From: Thalia democratica
Taxonomy: Eukaryota
DNA: 64,000 bases
Assembly: GCA_965202585.1 (NCBI GenBank)
Contig: OZ241831.1
Location: forward strand, 28,582,001-28,646,000
Direction of reading: 5' to 3'
A program made the position numbers and the translations under genes. The notes beneath the pieces are model-generated. The model saw nothing but the letters and a program-made list of their open reading frames with translations. It was not told the DNA's origin and ran no database searches. Below are positions 23,891 to 36,443 of this stretch, one piece after another (within the stretch, counting starts at the first letter, position 1; every line of letters begins with the position of its first letter).

Positions 23891-26800
23891 CTACTATACT
23901 TTTTTACAAACACTAGTTGACCTATGTTTTAAAGGTTTACAAGCACTTATGACTCTTTGATGTAGAACGTTCTTTGACATTAGCATAAATAGTAGTAATT
24001 GACCGGTTTGATAAATTTTTCATATCTATAAAACAAATGTATTGCCTTTCAACACTTCTTCAAACTTTGTTACTATAAAAATGTATCTTAAACCAAATGA
24101 ATCCCCTTTTTCATTATTTAGAATAGTTTCATTCCGTTAAGTTGAAACATGGTTATTTAGAGTTTTTTGACTTGCTAAGATTTATAGTTGTGTTTTCGAC
24201 ATTTTTATCATTCTGAAAAACTTATAATAAAAACTTTTATGTTGCGTTTGTCAATCTTCTCACTATAAAGACTATAATACTTTAGGTTTGTAGTCTACAC
24301 TACCTTATAGAGGTTAGGCTAAATGATGATAACTCTTGTTATATTTATAAATATGTTAATCTATAAAAATCTTTCCCGCACAAGCATAAAACGTAATTTT
24401 TGAAAAAAAGGATGAAAACATTAAAGGATGTTATTTCAGACAAAATAAACATTCCTTTAATAATAACACGGTGCAAAAATTCTTTGTTATTAAAAACTAC
24501 AGTTAATATTGGACCTATAACTTATATAAATTTACTGATAAATAAGCAAGCAAGTTTTAGTTATGATCAAGTTAATTAGCTTTTAGATTTTAGAGTTAGT
24601 GTTTAATACTTTTTAAATTTTATTAAAGTTACAAAAAAAAAGTACAAAGGCCAAAAATTGATTTTCAATTTGCATCCTATAGACACTTATTTTTTGATAA
24701 AAGTATGCTGATTGATTCATGTTCAAATTTAATTAATAGTTATTTTGTCATATTTTAAGATATGGACAAGACATTAAGCTTTATGCGTGGTGTTTACCGA
24801 TTTATTTTTCGTTACTAAGTCCTTAGACTAAACTTTTTGAGCGCTTTTAAAGAAGGACGTTTTTTACTAAATCAATGAACTTTTATTTCCGTTGTGTATT
24901 TTAAAATTAACTGTTATTAAAACTTTTCGTCTGATAGCAAAAAAATTACCTTGTTTTAAAGAAAAGGTCAAAATCCGGCTAGATATTAATTTATGGAACA
25001 AGTAGATCACTACTTTTAAACAAAATTATGATCTACTTTATCCGGTCGTATTCTATTTATTCTACATAAAACTATACACAATTATATGTTTTCCAAAAAA
25101 TTACCCGTAAAATAATTTGTAGATATCTAAAACTACTTCGTATGTTTTAGAAATTTTAGTTTTATGATAAAGTAGATATAGTAAAATAGCTAGTTAGAGT
25201 TTTTGTTATGTTATTGAACATTTTAATAATATTTTTATGATTTCCTGGAGTCCTGGACAAGACGTTAAAAGTTATCTGTAGTGCGACTCGATAACTGAAA
25301 TGTTTTTTGTGCACAAAGTCCTAAAACCAAAAGTTTATATATTTGAAAAAGTTTCATTCTTTAGTACAGTTAACAACTATTGTTATAATTACTTTTGGAT
25401 TTTAGAGTATAGTATAATTTTAGTATTGTTTTATATATTTAAAAAAAGGGTTGCTGCCAAATTTGCACTAGCGTACAAAATTGTACGAGGGCGCAAAATT
25501 GCTCAAAGATATTTTTGTACGAAGACACTTTGCACGGAGACATTTTTGCAGGGGTTGAATTATTTTTTTTTTCTTTTTATTTTTATTTATTTTTTTGTTT
25601 TTACTATCAGTGTTACCCCTAACGCTAACCCTTACCCTCGTTCAGTAACTTTTTATTTATTTATTTACCTTTTAGTTTTTTTCTGTTTTTTTTTACTCTC
25701 GTACAAAAATGACCCTCCATGCAAAGTTGACCCTTGGTGCAATTTTTTTTTCGTGCAATTTTTCCCTCGTGCAATTTCGTCTCCTCGTGCAAATTTATCT
25801 TTGTGCAACTTTGTGCCCTCGTGCAATTTTGTCTTCATACAGTTTTGACCCGTAAAATATATACTTCAATTGTTTGAACGAACTCCTGCTTATACTACTC
25901 ACTAAATTTATGCATACAATCTTAAGAGAACTAGTTTGACATGACAAAACGAATGTCAAACTTTTTACATATGCTAATCGGCTTTTAGATTTTTATGGCG
26001 TACTTAAAAATGATTAGTTTATTGTGAATGTCAAATTGCCTAACAAGTGTTCGTTTTGCGGCATAAACAATTTTTTTATTTCCTTGAACGCGGCCAATTA
26101 AATCAGAGGATTGTTCTTTCTTGGTGTAGGCAGATTGTAATAAATATATGCTGTCTTAGCCACTCACTTTTTAACAGTGTATCAAACTAATTTAAGTTCC
26201 TGCGATTTACCTTTACCTAAAGTTGTTTCCTAAAAAAGTATTTATCTAAGATTAGTTAGCTATAATCATGTTATACAAAAACTAAAAAAAAATTGTGGAA
26301 CAAATGTTAAACATTAATTATCCGTAAAAATCATAATGTACAATTATAATATCGTGATACAAGTTTTTAATGAAAAAAAGTGTTAGTTAATTTATTTAAA
26401 AAAATTCAATATTGTTATTTAAAACTCATAAGATGATTTTGTTGTTTTAATAAAAAACACTTAACAATAGACAGATATATTTTAGTAGTTACTTTATTTT
26501 ACAAGGTTCAAAAAATATATTCTAAAGTATCCAAACAAAACGCTGAAAAAAACGTGTTCTTGTTTAAGATCTAAAATAATTGCTAAAAATTAGTTTTATA
26601 TGAAATAAAAAGTAATTTTTTGTTAGTGTTCAATTTTTTTTTTTGTACGTATTTTGAAGTTTTATTTTTTTTTACGAAGTCTAAAAACTTGGGTAGCTGT
26701 CAAAATTTCACGAGCATACAGCATTGCACGAAGATAGTTTTGCACGAGGGCATAAAGTTGCACGAAGACACTTTTGCACCAAACATTTTTGCGCGGGTTG

Positions 26801-28199
26801 AATTTTTTTTCTTTATTTAGTTTTTTCTTACTACCACTGTTACCCCTTATCCTTACCTTCGGTCGGTATCTTTTTTTTGTATTTAATTATTTTATTCTTA
26901 TTTATTATTTTTTTTTTAATTTTGATTTTTTGTTTTTATCATCACTGTTACCCCTAACCCTTACCCTTGGTCAGTAACTTTTTTTCTTTTTGTTTTCTTT
27001 TACTAAATTATATTCTTTTTTTTTCTGTTTTTCTATATCTTTTTTTTTTCTGTCTTTTTTACTCTCGTGCAAAAATGACCCTCCATGCGAAATTGTAACT
27101 CATGCAAAATTGACCCTTAGTTCAAAATTTTCTTCGTGCAATTTTGTGCCCTTGTGAAATTTGGTCTTTGTGCAATTTTGACCCGTTCTCCAAACTTAGA
27201 CTAATTCTTCATAATAGAGTAAAGAACTGTTTTTTGTGATACGTGTAATTTAGTATTTATATTCTCGAGATACTTTCTTATTTCTTGCTTCAAGCTCAAT
27301 CTCAAGCATCTTAAGATCTTCTTGATACTACTTCAACACATTTACTGCACTTGCTCTAAAGTAAAACCCTTGTTAACTTCACTAAGATAGTCTTATAAAA
27401 GTGTTTATAACGACAGAGAAAAAAAATCATCTTGCTATAAAACTAAAAATGTCTAGCAGAGTTTTTATTTTTAAATCACAAAGTTACACTATTTATGACT
27501 AGATGATAAACAAGATTTGTATCAGATTATAATATGCTAAACTAAAGATTAACAAGTTTTCAAAATATTCTAAAACCTGTTTGTAAACCGTGTGCAATGG
27601 CAGCAATAAGTAAGATTTTCTCTGCTTCAATTTTATTTCTATCATTCTTCTTCAAACTTCTATAATAGTTCTAATTTATTTATTAAAAACAGTTATCTTA
27701 TATAAAACTAATTTTTGCTTATATACTAAACTGTTTCACCTAACCTTAACATAAAATAGCAAACAAAACTTTTAATAATACGTTATAAATTAAATAATCA
27801 AAATTAAACACGAGTTATAAAGAATTATTAAATTAAACATTTAATTTCGTTTTTTTATTATAACCTCTTAATTTTATTTTGATTATTTTTTATAGACTTA
27901 GCAAAAGTTTGGAGAATGTAAAAGGTTTTAAAGTCTATATAGCAGGTGATTAAAACTACTGAAGTTAAACTGTACTTGAAAATCATTATAATCTGAAGTT
28001 TATTAAATATAAAAAACTCATTCAAAGCTTACTTACTTTGAAACAATGCTTTCAATGATTTATGTTAATCTAGTCAATAACAAGATAGTTAATAATTTAG
28101 TGTTTTTTATTTAAAAATTTTATATATAAAAATTGAAACTGGTTTCTGCAGTAAGTACTATTACACTTTGACTTGATTTTTTAACAAAAACTTATAAAA

Positions 28200-28937
28200 A
28201 TGTTAAAATTTAGAAATATTTTCAGTAGCAAAGAAAATAAGGAGCGCAGAAACAACAAGGCATTCATCAGAAAACTCCACAAAAAACTGAAGCGCTGGGA
28301 CGATGCTTACTCCAAAGTCATTGTCGCCTACATGAAGTTCATAGTTCGGCTATACAGAAACCTGAAACACGGCTCAATTGGCTACGAATCCACTTTAAAA
28401 TTTTTTAAAGAACTTGAGCAGGAATTACGTGAGTTTTATTTGAACTACGACAAAATAGAATATGACTACATGGATCTACATTTGTTCTGCAACCAAGACT
28501 TTGTGAAAGTGTCGAAAGACGTCAAAACGACTTTGTGCTTCGGGGAGCTCGATACAGAGGTGAGCTTTCTGCCGATGAGCTTCTTGGCTGAAGCGTCGAA
28601 AATGCACGTTTTGGAAGGTGAATTTGGCGCGTATCATCTCGACGAGTATCTTGTTATAACAGAGACAACTTGCAGCAGAAACTGCAGGCTAAATCAAATT
28701 AAAGAAAAACTGAATATTTTGTACTCAAGCAACAATGATCGGCTGTCAGAAAACGATTTGATACTGAGAAAAGTTGCTGAACTGTCTGAAGAAATAGATG
28801 GTTATATCAAGATCACTAAGGATTGGGAGAAAAGAAAAAGAGAAGTAGAAAAGAGATACCGAAATTATTGCCAGGAAAGATATAATTTGTTGACGCAAGG
28901 AACACCGACTATTCTTGAAAACAAAACTGTTCAATGA
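28200..28937 (+). CDS. Intronless 245-aa hypothetical, largely helical protein (orphan)
   Basis: Intact ORF with raised GC relative to its flanks. In the conserved core, 6 of the 9 differences from the paralogous copy at 52875-53382 are synonymous, consistent with real coding selection. No family recognised. Confidence 0.75.
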   Translation: MLKFRNIFSSKENKERRNNKAFIRKLHKKLKRWDDAYSKVIVAYMKFIVRLYRNLKHGSIGYESTLKFFKELEQELREFYLNYDKIEYDYMDLHLFCNQDFVKVSKDVKTTLCFGELDTEVSFLPMSFLAEASKMHVLEGEFGAYHLDEYLVITETTCSRNCRLNQIKEKLNILYSSNNDRLSENDLILRKVAELSEEIDGYIKITKDWEKRKREVEKRYRNYCQERYNLLTQGTPTILENKTVQ

Positions 28938-30279
28938 CGTCTTAATAAAAAACAATGAATAATATTTAAAAAATGATTTTGAAAGTCTTTTTTAGTTTGT
29001 TACTATATTTGCTATTATTATTTATAAATGATTTACAGAAAAAGTAAAATTATAAAGTATTAAACTAAAAAACAAATCGTAGTTGTTATTTATAACTTAG
29101 TTTAGTTCAAATAAGTATCTCAAATCCTTTTTGAACTTGTTATGTTTTAAAAACTCAGACACGGTAAATCTTTTGTTGCGAATCAAATGTGATCGACGAA
29201 ACTACAACAAATCTTTTTAACTTATTTGTTACTAAGTTAATTAGTATTTAGAATAAAACAGTGCTTAATGATTGAATAAACTAACAAAATATTTCAAATA
29301 AAGTCAAACCTTGGATGTACCTTTAGGATTTAAAGAACTTTAAAAATTAGCTTACAAATTTCAATCTAATTTGTAATATAGTTTAATACAAAATAATTTG
29401 TCAATTTATGGTGTTTATCAAGAGTGAAATTTCTATACTGCTTGTGTTTTGCTATTAATTGTATACTGTTATAAGTCCAGTTCTGTACTAACTTTGCATT
29501 TAAAACTGTTTGTAATCTCTGAGGAAATTTAAGATTTTTATACTATTTAGAGTTTTTTTGAATAATATACTAATAATAAAAGTTCCAGTTTACTTAAGTT
29601 TAGTAACTTGAAACATACGCATTGCAAATATCTTAAAAAAAATTTTTTGCAACTTGGTGTATCTTATTTATTTAGTCTGGATTATTTAAAAAAATCAGTA
29701 TGTTAACTAAAAGCTGACCTAAAAGTAAAACTAATAAGTTTTTGATCTAAGAAAGAGCTTTTTAGTTAGTATTTGTATAAATAAAAATAAAAACAGCTAA
29801 TATGAACCACTTAGTGTAATGTTTTACAATAAAAACATAAATTTAATATATAATAATGTTTCTAATTTACGTGGTTTGTACCATAGTTGCTATAACAAGA
29901 GCTTTAATAAGTTTAGCAGATGTAAGAGAAATGTTTTTTTTTTTAATTTAGATGGTCTTACGTCTAGATCTAAAATTTTAATGCAGAAAAGTAAAGTTTT
30001 GAAAATTCTTGATTTTAAAAAGCTAAACTTTTGACTTTTTACTGACACTAATTGTATTTTAAAAGAGAGTTTTATTGTACTTACCGAAACAATTATGTTA
30101 CTTGTTTGCATTGTTAGTTGAACACAACAAAATTCATCAATCAAAAATAAAGTCACAAGAACCTATTTAACTCATTTAATTTTTTTTTACTGGTGTATCA
30201 TACCTAACAGTTTTAAAATTATACACATACGTGTTTTTTAAAACAGTAATGAGAATAATTATAGTATAGTTTATTTGAC

Positions 30280-30395
30280 GACAAAAAAAGCGCTCAAAAT
30301 ATTTGGTCCTAGGACCTGTTGAACGAAAAAACCTTTCACTTAAAGTCACACACCACTTGGATACCTTTTAACGTCTTGTCCATGACATAACTGCA
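30280..30395. repeat. Dispersed ~120-200 bp repeat with palindromic core ggtcctaggacc and aaaaaacctttcggttatcgagtc motif. About 10 copies (~24810, 25250, 30280, 40655, 45480, 50570, 54590, 56260, 58500, 61150)
   Basis: Recurrent motif gacaaaaaagcgctcaaaaagtttggtcctaggacctgg...aaaaaacctttc...gagtc(g/a)cacacc...gtcttgtcca, in both orientations. Confidence 0.75.
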
Positions 30396-30799
30396 TACTA
30401 AGAAGTTATATTACATAATTGCATAATAAATCTAGCACATAATTTCATAATACGAAGAATTAATAGCATAATAAAAAGTTACACTTTGATAATATTACGG
30501 TTACAAAACTTTGATTGAAATAAGATTTAAAATTGATAGGAAACATAAGTAAGTTGTTATATAGAAATAGGAAAATTGTATATTTGTTAACTTTAGAGAT
30601 ATTTTTTATAATTTAGCTAGCTGTATTGCCTCTTAAAACTTCTGAGTTTAGTTGTAAAGAAGTTGAATTGTCATGTAACCAAGCAAGGTAGGAAATATGG
30701 CTAGCTAAAAGTATTTCAAAAACATATACACACAAATTGTTAGTAATAATTATTTAATATTAATTACATAAGTACTTACTAAGATAATTTAACTAAGAT

Positions 30800-31590
30800 A
30801 AGCAATATTATAATAAAAAAATAAAAAATAAGCGACAAAATTCAAATAAAATCTATAACAACTTATAAAGATTAGATTTATAAACGTATTGTTGCTTACA
30901 CAAATTAGGTTTACATGTTTTTATAAATAAAGATTCTAAAACACTTAGGTGATAATCGTTACGAGCTTTACTTAAAATTGAAAAGTTACTATCACTATAG
31001 TTCTTTGCGCAATCTGAATTGTTTAATAAGTGTTCAGCAATCGCTGATGATCTATTAGATGGTTTTTTTAAACCAGTGTCCATCCATCTTCTGAGGGAAT
31101 TAAAAACGTGTTGGTCCCTTCTTATATGGAATCTTTGGGACGTTCTGCCAATGTACTCACTGTCACAGTGGCATTTGTACATAAAAATTATTTTGCTTTT
31201 TTCATGATCGGCAGTACGGTCTTTACAAATTCCATTTAAGGGCTTTCTTGTAGCATGACTGATTCTTAGTTGTACAGAGTTAAAAGTGGAGTTTACAGTG
31301 TATTTTACAGTCTTTTCTAGAGCAGTTGCTACTTCACCGAGATATGGCAATTTCAAATATACAGGGCATTTACTAGGACCAAATTTAACAGGTTTTTCAA
31401 ATTTTGAGATTGTATTGTTAATTGTCTTTCTGATTATATGCGATGGATAACCAAGAGCTTCAAAAATATTTTTTTATTTTATCTAATTCTTCTTCAAACA
31501 ACTTTTTCGAACAAATCTTGTGTGCTCTGAATACCAAACAGGAAATTAAACCGAGTTTTTGAGATAAAGGGCAAAATGACTGAAATAAAG
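30800..31590 (-). mobile_element. Penelope-like element fragment (RT C-terminal region plus GIY-YIG endonuclease)
   Basis: IIFMYKCHCDSEYIGRTSQRFHIRRDQH...SAIAEHL...LSVLESLFIK...KPNLCKQ is a GIY-YIG motif. Upstream, SFCPLSQKLGLISCLVFRAHKICS...EELDKIK is the Penelope post-RT motif. Confidence 0.85.
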
Positions 31591-32147
31591 ACACTTTATA
31601 ATCAAATTCCTTTTGTTTGCACAATTCTGGTTTCTTTAAAAATATAGACTTAGGCTCTAACTTAACAAGATCAAAAACACTACTACAATGATGAATTATT
31701 TTAAATCTAGATATCTCATATTTCCTAGCACAATCTATATTAATTATCAAATGTTCTGCAAGTGAATATATTTTAGCTGCGTTTTTGGTTATCGTGTCGT
31801 TGTCTTAATTTAAGGTTCTTCTAATTCTTCGATAAATTTCAACTTGCAATGAGGTAAATAGTCTTTTATACTACAGTTTATTGATAAAATTGTTAAAATT
31901 TATTGAAGAAGAAGCCGAAATTAAGACAACGACAACCAAAAACGCAGCTAAAAGATATTCAGTTGCAGAACATTTAATAATTAATAGAGATTGTGCTAGG
32001 AAATATGAGATATCTAGATTTAAAATAATTTATCATTGTAATAGTGTTTTTGATCTCGTTAAGTTAGGGGCTAAATCTATTTCTTTAAAGAAACCAGAAT
32101 TGTGCAAACAAAAGGAATTTGATTATAAAGTGTATTTATTTACTTGA
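31590..32147. repeat. Near-perfect ~245-bp inverted repeat of a second Penelope endonuclease 3' fragment (arms ~31590-31840 and ~31895-32133)
   Basis: Both arms encode ...AEHLIINxDCARKYEISRFKII...KKPELCKQKEFDYKV, on opposite strands, with a ~55-bp spacer. Confidence 0.85.
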
Positions 32148-32439
32148 ATAATCCATTTTGTTTTTGTTAATAGTATTTTAGTTTAATTAATGATTGTTTT
32201 TATTATTGTAAGTTTATTGTCATACGAAGGACCCGGGCATCAAAACCTAGGCCACTTATACAAAAAGACATACAACAAAAAGACAAAAATAAACCAAAAT
32301 TGTACATTGAAAATGAAAAAACACTTAGTTTAACTAATTAAAGTTTAAAATTAACATAAAAACACAAAAGTTATAACACAAAACTTATAATTCCGGTGCT
32401 TCCGAAAAGAGAACAACAATATCCTACTTCAACTTCACC

Positions 32440-32620
32440 CGAACAAATGGTTTCTCTCTAAAACTGGTTTCACTTTCATTCGTACAACTGGCTTCACATT
32501 ATTTGAACAACTGGTTCAGCCTTCATTTGAGTAACTGGTTTAACCTTTATCTATACAACTTGTTACACTTTTATTCGTATAACTAGAACCGCTTTTATCT
32601 GAACAACGTGTTTCACTTTT
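32440..32620. repeat. Degenerate ~24-bp tandem repeat (aactggtttcactttcattcgtac-like)
   Basis: About 7 imperfect units, each starting with aactgg/aacttg/aactag. Confidence 0.6.
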
Positions 32621-32939
32621 GTTAGGAGAGCCTGCTTCATATTTACTTTCAAATCTTTAATACTCAGATAACTCAGCGTTTGTTGGACTTTCGTAGTAGC
32701 TGATAAATGTTGAGAACACTGACTATAAACAAAACTTAAAAACCCAAGGCCCCAAGCACTTTAACAGGCCAATTAACTATGTATTTAAGGAACAGGTTTT
32801 GTTATACACAGAGGAAAGGCGCCGCTAATAAAATAAAGCTATAGGTTAAACCAAATTAGACAAATACAACCAGTGGTTAATGAAGAAAAAACAAAAAAAC
32901 AAAAATTACTTATGAATTTTGCTGACAAAATATTTATTT

Positions 32940-35390
32940 AAATCAAACTTTTTTAACCTTAACCGAAAATGCTCAACTTTTTTACAAGAAACTAATTCGT
33001 TTGGAAGCTTGTTCCATAATTCAACTGAACGATAAAAAAAAAGAATTATGCCAAACATTATTATTGAAATTATGTCTGCATGTAAATCTTCTGTTGTTAC
33101 ATCTCAATAAATAAGTACATTTATGAGGTTCAAAAATAGACTGTAAGTTAATTGTAGTTTCACTATTAATTAGTTTGAAAAAAGTAATTAAGTCAAACTC
33201 AATCCTTCTATACTCTAAAGACCAAGTTTTGAGAGTCTATCAAAATATAATGTGTATGATATGTTGAAATGGTTGAAGACTATTCTTGTATATTTTTTCT
33301 TTGAATGGATTCAAGATGGTTAATATCTTTCTTTAAGTATGAAGACCAAATTGGTGTGTTGTATTCTAACTTAGGACGAATGTAAACGAGATAAATTTTT
33401 TTAGAATGTTTATATCTGTAGATTTAAAACTTTTTAAAACTTGAAAAGAAATAGTTGATGCAATTTGATAAACGTAATTGATATGGTGGTTCCATTTTAG
33501 GTTTTCAGCAATAAAAATTCACAGATTTTTAAACACTTTAGTTGAAGGTAAACTTATGCTGTTTATTCTAAATTCAGAAGTGATACTAAATGTATTTTTT
33601 TGAATGTTTAGAACCTGACATTTACTAGGATTTAAAACTAGTTTTCTTTCTTTTAGCCAATGATAAATTTTATCCAAAGACTTTTGTAGAATTGTGTTAG
33701 AATGGCTAAAAATTTTTGTATCGTCTGAAAAGAGATTTATGTTGCTATCAACATCTACTTCTAAAGCTATATCATTGATATAAATTATAAATAAAAGTGG
33801 GCCAATAACCCCTCCTTGAGGCACTCCACTGAAAACAGGTTAAGACTCTGAAAAAGTGTTACCAATAACTACTTTTTGGGTTCTGTTTTCAAGAAACTCT
33901 TTGAACCAGCTAACTAAACTTTTATAAATTTTGTATTGAGTTAAAGTCTTTATTAGTTTAAAATGGGATACAGAGTCAAAAGCCTTTTGAATGTCTGTGT
34001 AAATAACTTTAGTTGACTTATTGCTTAGAAATGAAACCAACCATGAGTGTAAGCAATTCAACAGTTGATAACTAGGTGATCGATTAGGTAGAAAACCAAA
34101 CTGTTTATGTGAAAATAGAATATGTGAAAAAAGATGATCAAGTATTTTTAGAGAAATTATATGTTCGAAAATTCTACAAAAACTGCTTGTCAAAGAAATG
34201 GGTCTGTAGTTTAAAGGGTTGTACTTACTACCTTTTTTGTGCACTGGTATGACATATGAGACTTTCCACTGGTTTGGTACAGAGAATGTAGCTAGTGAAC
34301 AATTAAAAATTAGTGAAATTGGAAGAATTAGGGAATAGATAGTACGTTTAATAAAATATGAAGGAATGTTTTTGATTATTTTATCTTTTAAATGATTAAC
34401 AGACTTAATTATTTCATCATTGCTTATGAAGAAGTTTTTCATTTCCAAACAATTTTTACTAACAAGTTTAAAATTTTTGTCATCACAATCTTTAATAAAT
34501 ACCTTTTGAAAGGACCTGTTAAAAAAGAGGCTTTATCAAGTTTTGATATTATTGGAAAATTATTTTCATTAATTAATACAGGTAAAGAAGGTGTTAACTT
34601 GAGCTTTGATTTTACATAGCTGTAGAATTTTTTTTTGAGTTTGTGTTTTGGCAAAAACGTTTTTCATGTTCTATGTTGAACACTTTCACTGCTTTTTCAT
34701 ATTTTTTTGATATAGTTTTGTATTTTTGTATCATCTGCTTATCTAATTTACATTGTTTGTAGAGTTTTAGTTTTTCTCTTGATAGCTTTTTTATATCAGA
34801 AGGATATGTTTTCATTTTTCTGTCTTGTTTGATTAAAGGCACAAATTGTTTGATTGAAAAGTTTATTGTTTTGATAAATTTATCATAAAACATTTGTAGA
34901 TTTTTTGAGTTGTTAAAAAGAACTTTCCAATTTATTTCTGATAAAAATTTATTAATATTCTCAAAATTTGCTCTACGAAAATCTGGATAGAGTGATTTAG
35001 GAGATGGTTTTTTACTTTTGTGAACACTTATCCCAAACAAAATAACTTTGTGATCATTTATATTTGTTAAAGGTGAATCAACCAAATAAAACTTAACTCT
35101 ATCTAATGCCATATAATTACAAAGCAGTAAATCGAGGATATTACCGTTCTTATGGGTAGGTGAGTCAATAAGTTGTGTAAGGAGATTATCTGTACAAAAT
35201 TTAATAAAACATTTGTGACAGTCATTGTAGGTTGTGCTTGGGATATTCCAGTCTATATTTGGCAAATTAAAGTCACCTAAAATATAAAAAGGAGACTGTT
35301 TTGGAATAAGACTGTTTTACACTGATTATTTATTGCGCTAATTACTTTGCCAGTTTTAACTTTTTTGCTTTTAGGGATAAGACTAACCAT
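32940..35390 (-). mobile_element. Decayed, 5'-truncated CR1/L2-type non-LTR retrotransposon (APE endonuclease end plus RT)
   Basis: Frameshifted ORFs carry GDFNLPNIDW, HKNGNILDLLL, NYRPISLTSSFCRIFE, YTDIQKAFDSVSH, GVPQGGVIGPLLFIIYINDI, LFSDDTKI and a C-terminal RSVELWNKLP...FRLRLKKFD. Confidence 0.92.
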
Positions 35391-36272
35391 AGGTTTCTGT
35401 TCTTTTCTACTGTAATTTTCTGATGAAAAGTAAAAAAATACGTATTAAACTGTCACAAATAACTTTAGAGAGTGTTTTATACGTGTGATGTATTTAATTA
35501 AAAGCTAATAATGTTTGAAATTTTTTTTAAATATACATATTTTTTTTTAAACTGTAATTAGTTATAACTTTAAATGTTTACTATTGTAATAAATAACGTC
35601 ATACAGTTATTAAACTTAAACTAAGTTATATTCTTCCTAATTTATATAAGGAGCTTAATTGAGTTCTTAAAAGTTATGAAAAATATAAAAGTTTTATAAA
35701 ACACACTTAAACAACTTAGAAAATAAAATTGTTTATTTTATATTTTAGTATTTTTTCATAAAAGAACGAACTACAAAAACTTGTTACAATTTCTTTGTAG
35801 GTACATTTCAAAGACAGGTTGTCTTTAGACTTGTGAAAAGAATATGTAAAACTTTTATTATAAGAATAATATTTTAAGTTCAAAGAAAACTTCTAAGTGT
35901 ATTTTAAATTAAAACTAATTTAACTTTTAAAATCTTTAAAAATTGTGAAATAGTAATTGCAAACAGAATATACAAACATTAACCTAAAATAATCAAACTT
36001 AACAGTTCAGTTATTAAAGTAAATTTTTCTGAACATGTTTTAAGTTATTTAATAGATTAGTCTGCCGGTTGAGCTCACATTTTAAGCACAATCAAAGTTT
36101 GTTAACTCAACTTGCATTAACTCTATAGTAAAAAATTAATAATTTTTCTTTTTATAACTTAATTTTAGCCAGTATTTATTTCGACCATCATCAACAAAGT
36201 TGAGATGTTTTATGCCATCGATAATAAACAATAAACTTCACCGCACGATCAACAACAACAGCATCCGAGAAA

Positions 36273-36318
36273 ATTCTACGACCGGTTTCGTCCTAATTAG
36301 GACTCATCAGGCAGGAAT
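36273..36318 (-). ncRNA. Minimal type I hammerhead ribozyme, core intact
   Basis: The minus strand reads attcctgc-CUGAUGA-GUCC-uaauua-GGAC-GAAA-C-CG-G-UC^-guagaau. It has the full catalytic core, a 4-bp stem II, a minimal palindromic stem III (ACCGGU) and a GUC cleavage triplet. Stem I has one mismatch. Confidence 0.85.
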
Positions 36319-36443
36319 AGTCGCGAGAAACCGCTGCTATAATCTAACCAAGTGGGCTTAAATACGAAATACTGAAGCGATCGTTTGTGGGAAAGGTCCG
36401 AAAAATTGACGCAGGCAAATCTTCACAGCCCAACGTCTTAGAC

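Larger units (their letters stand above)
24810..30745. repeat. Left arm of a large, discontinuous inverted segmental duplication
   Basis: Reverse-complement blocks seen by eye: ~24810-25170 vs 58160-58540; 25850-26420 vs 55230-55790; 26420-26690 vs 54270-54580; 27190-28130 vs 53400-54270; 28430-28990 vs 52790-53385; 29050-30590 vs 50345-51930; 30575-30745 vs 46700-46865. Boundaries are approximate. Confidence 0.85.

Noticed and set aside
25300-25848. 182-aa hydrophobic ORF, and similar ORFs at 26620, 26774, 54936, 60100, 60755, 60840
   Set aside because: They lie in T-rich or ttgcacga repeat elements; the F/L/I richness comes from poly-T, not membrane-protein coding.
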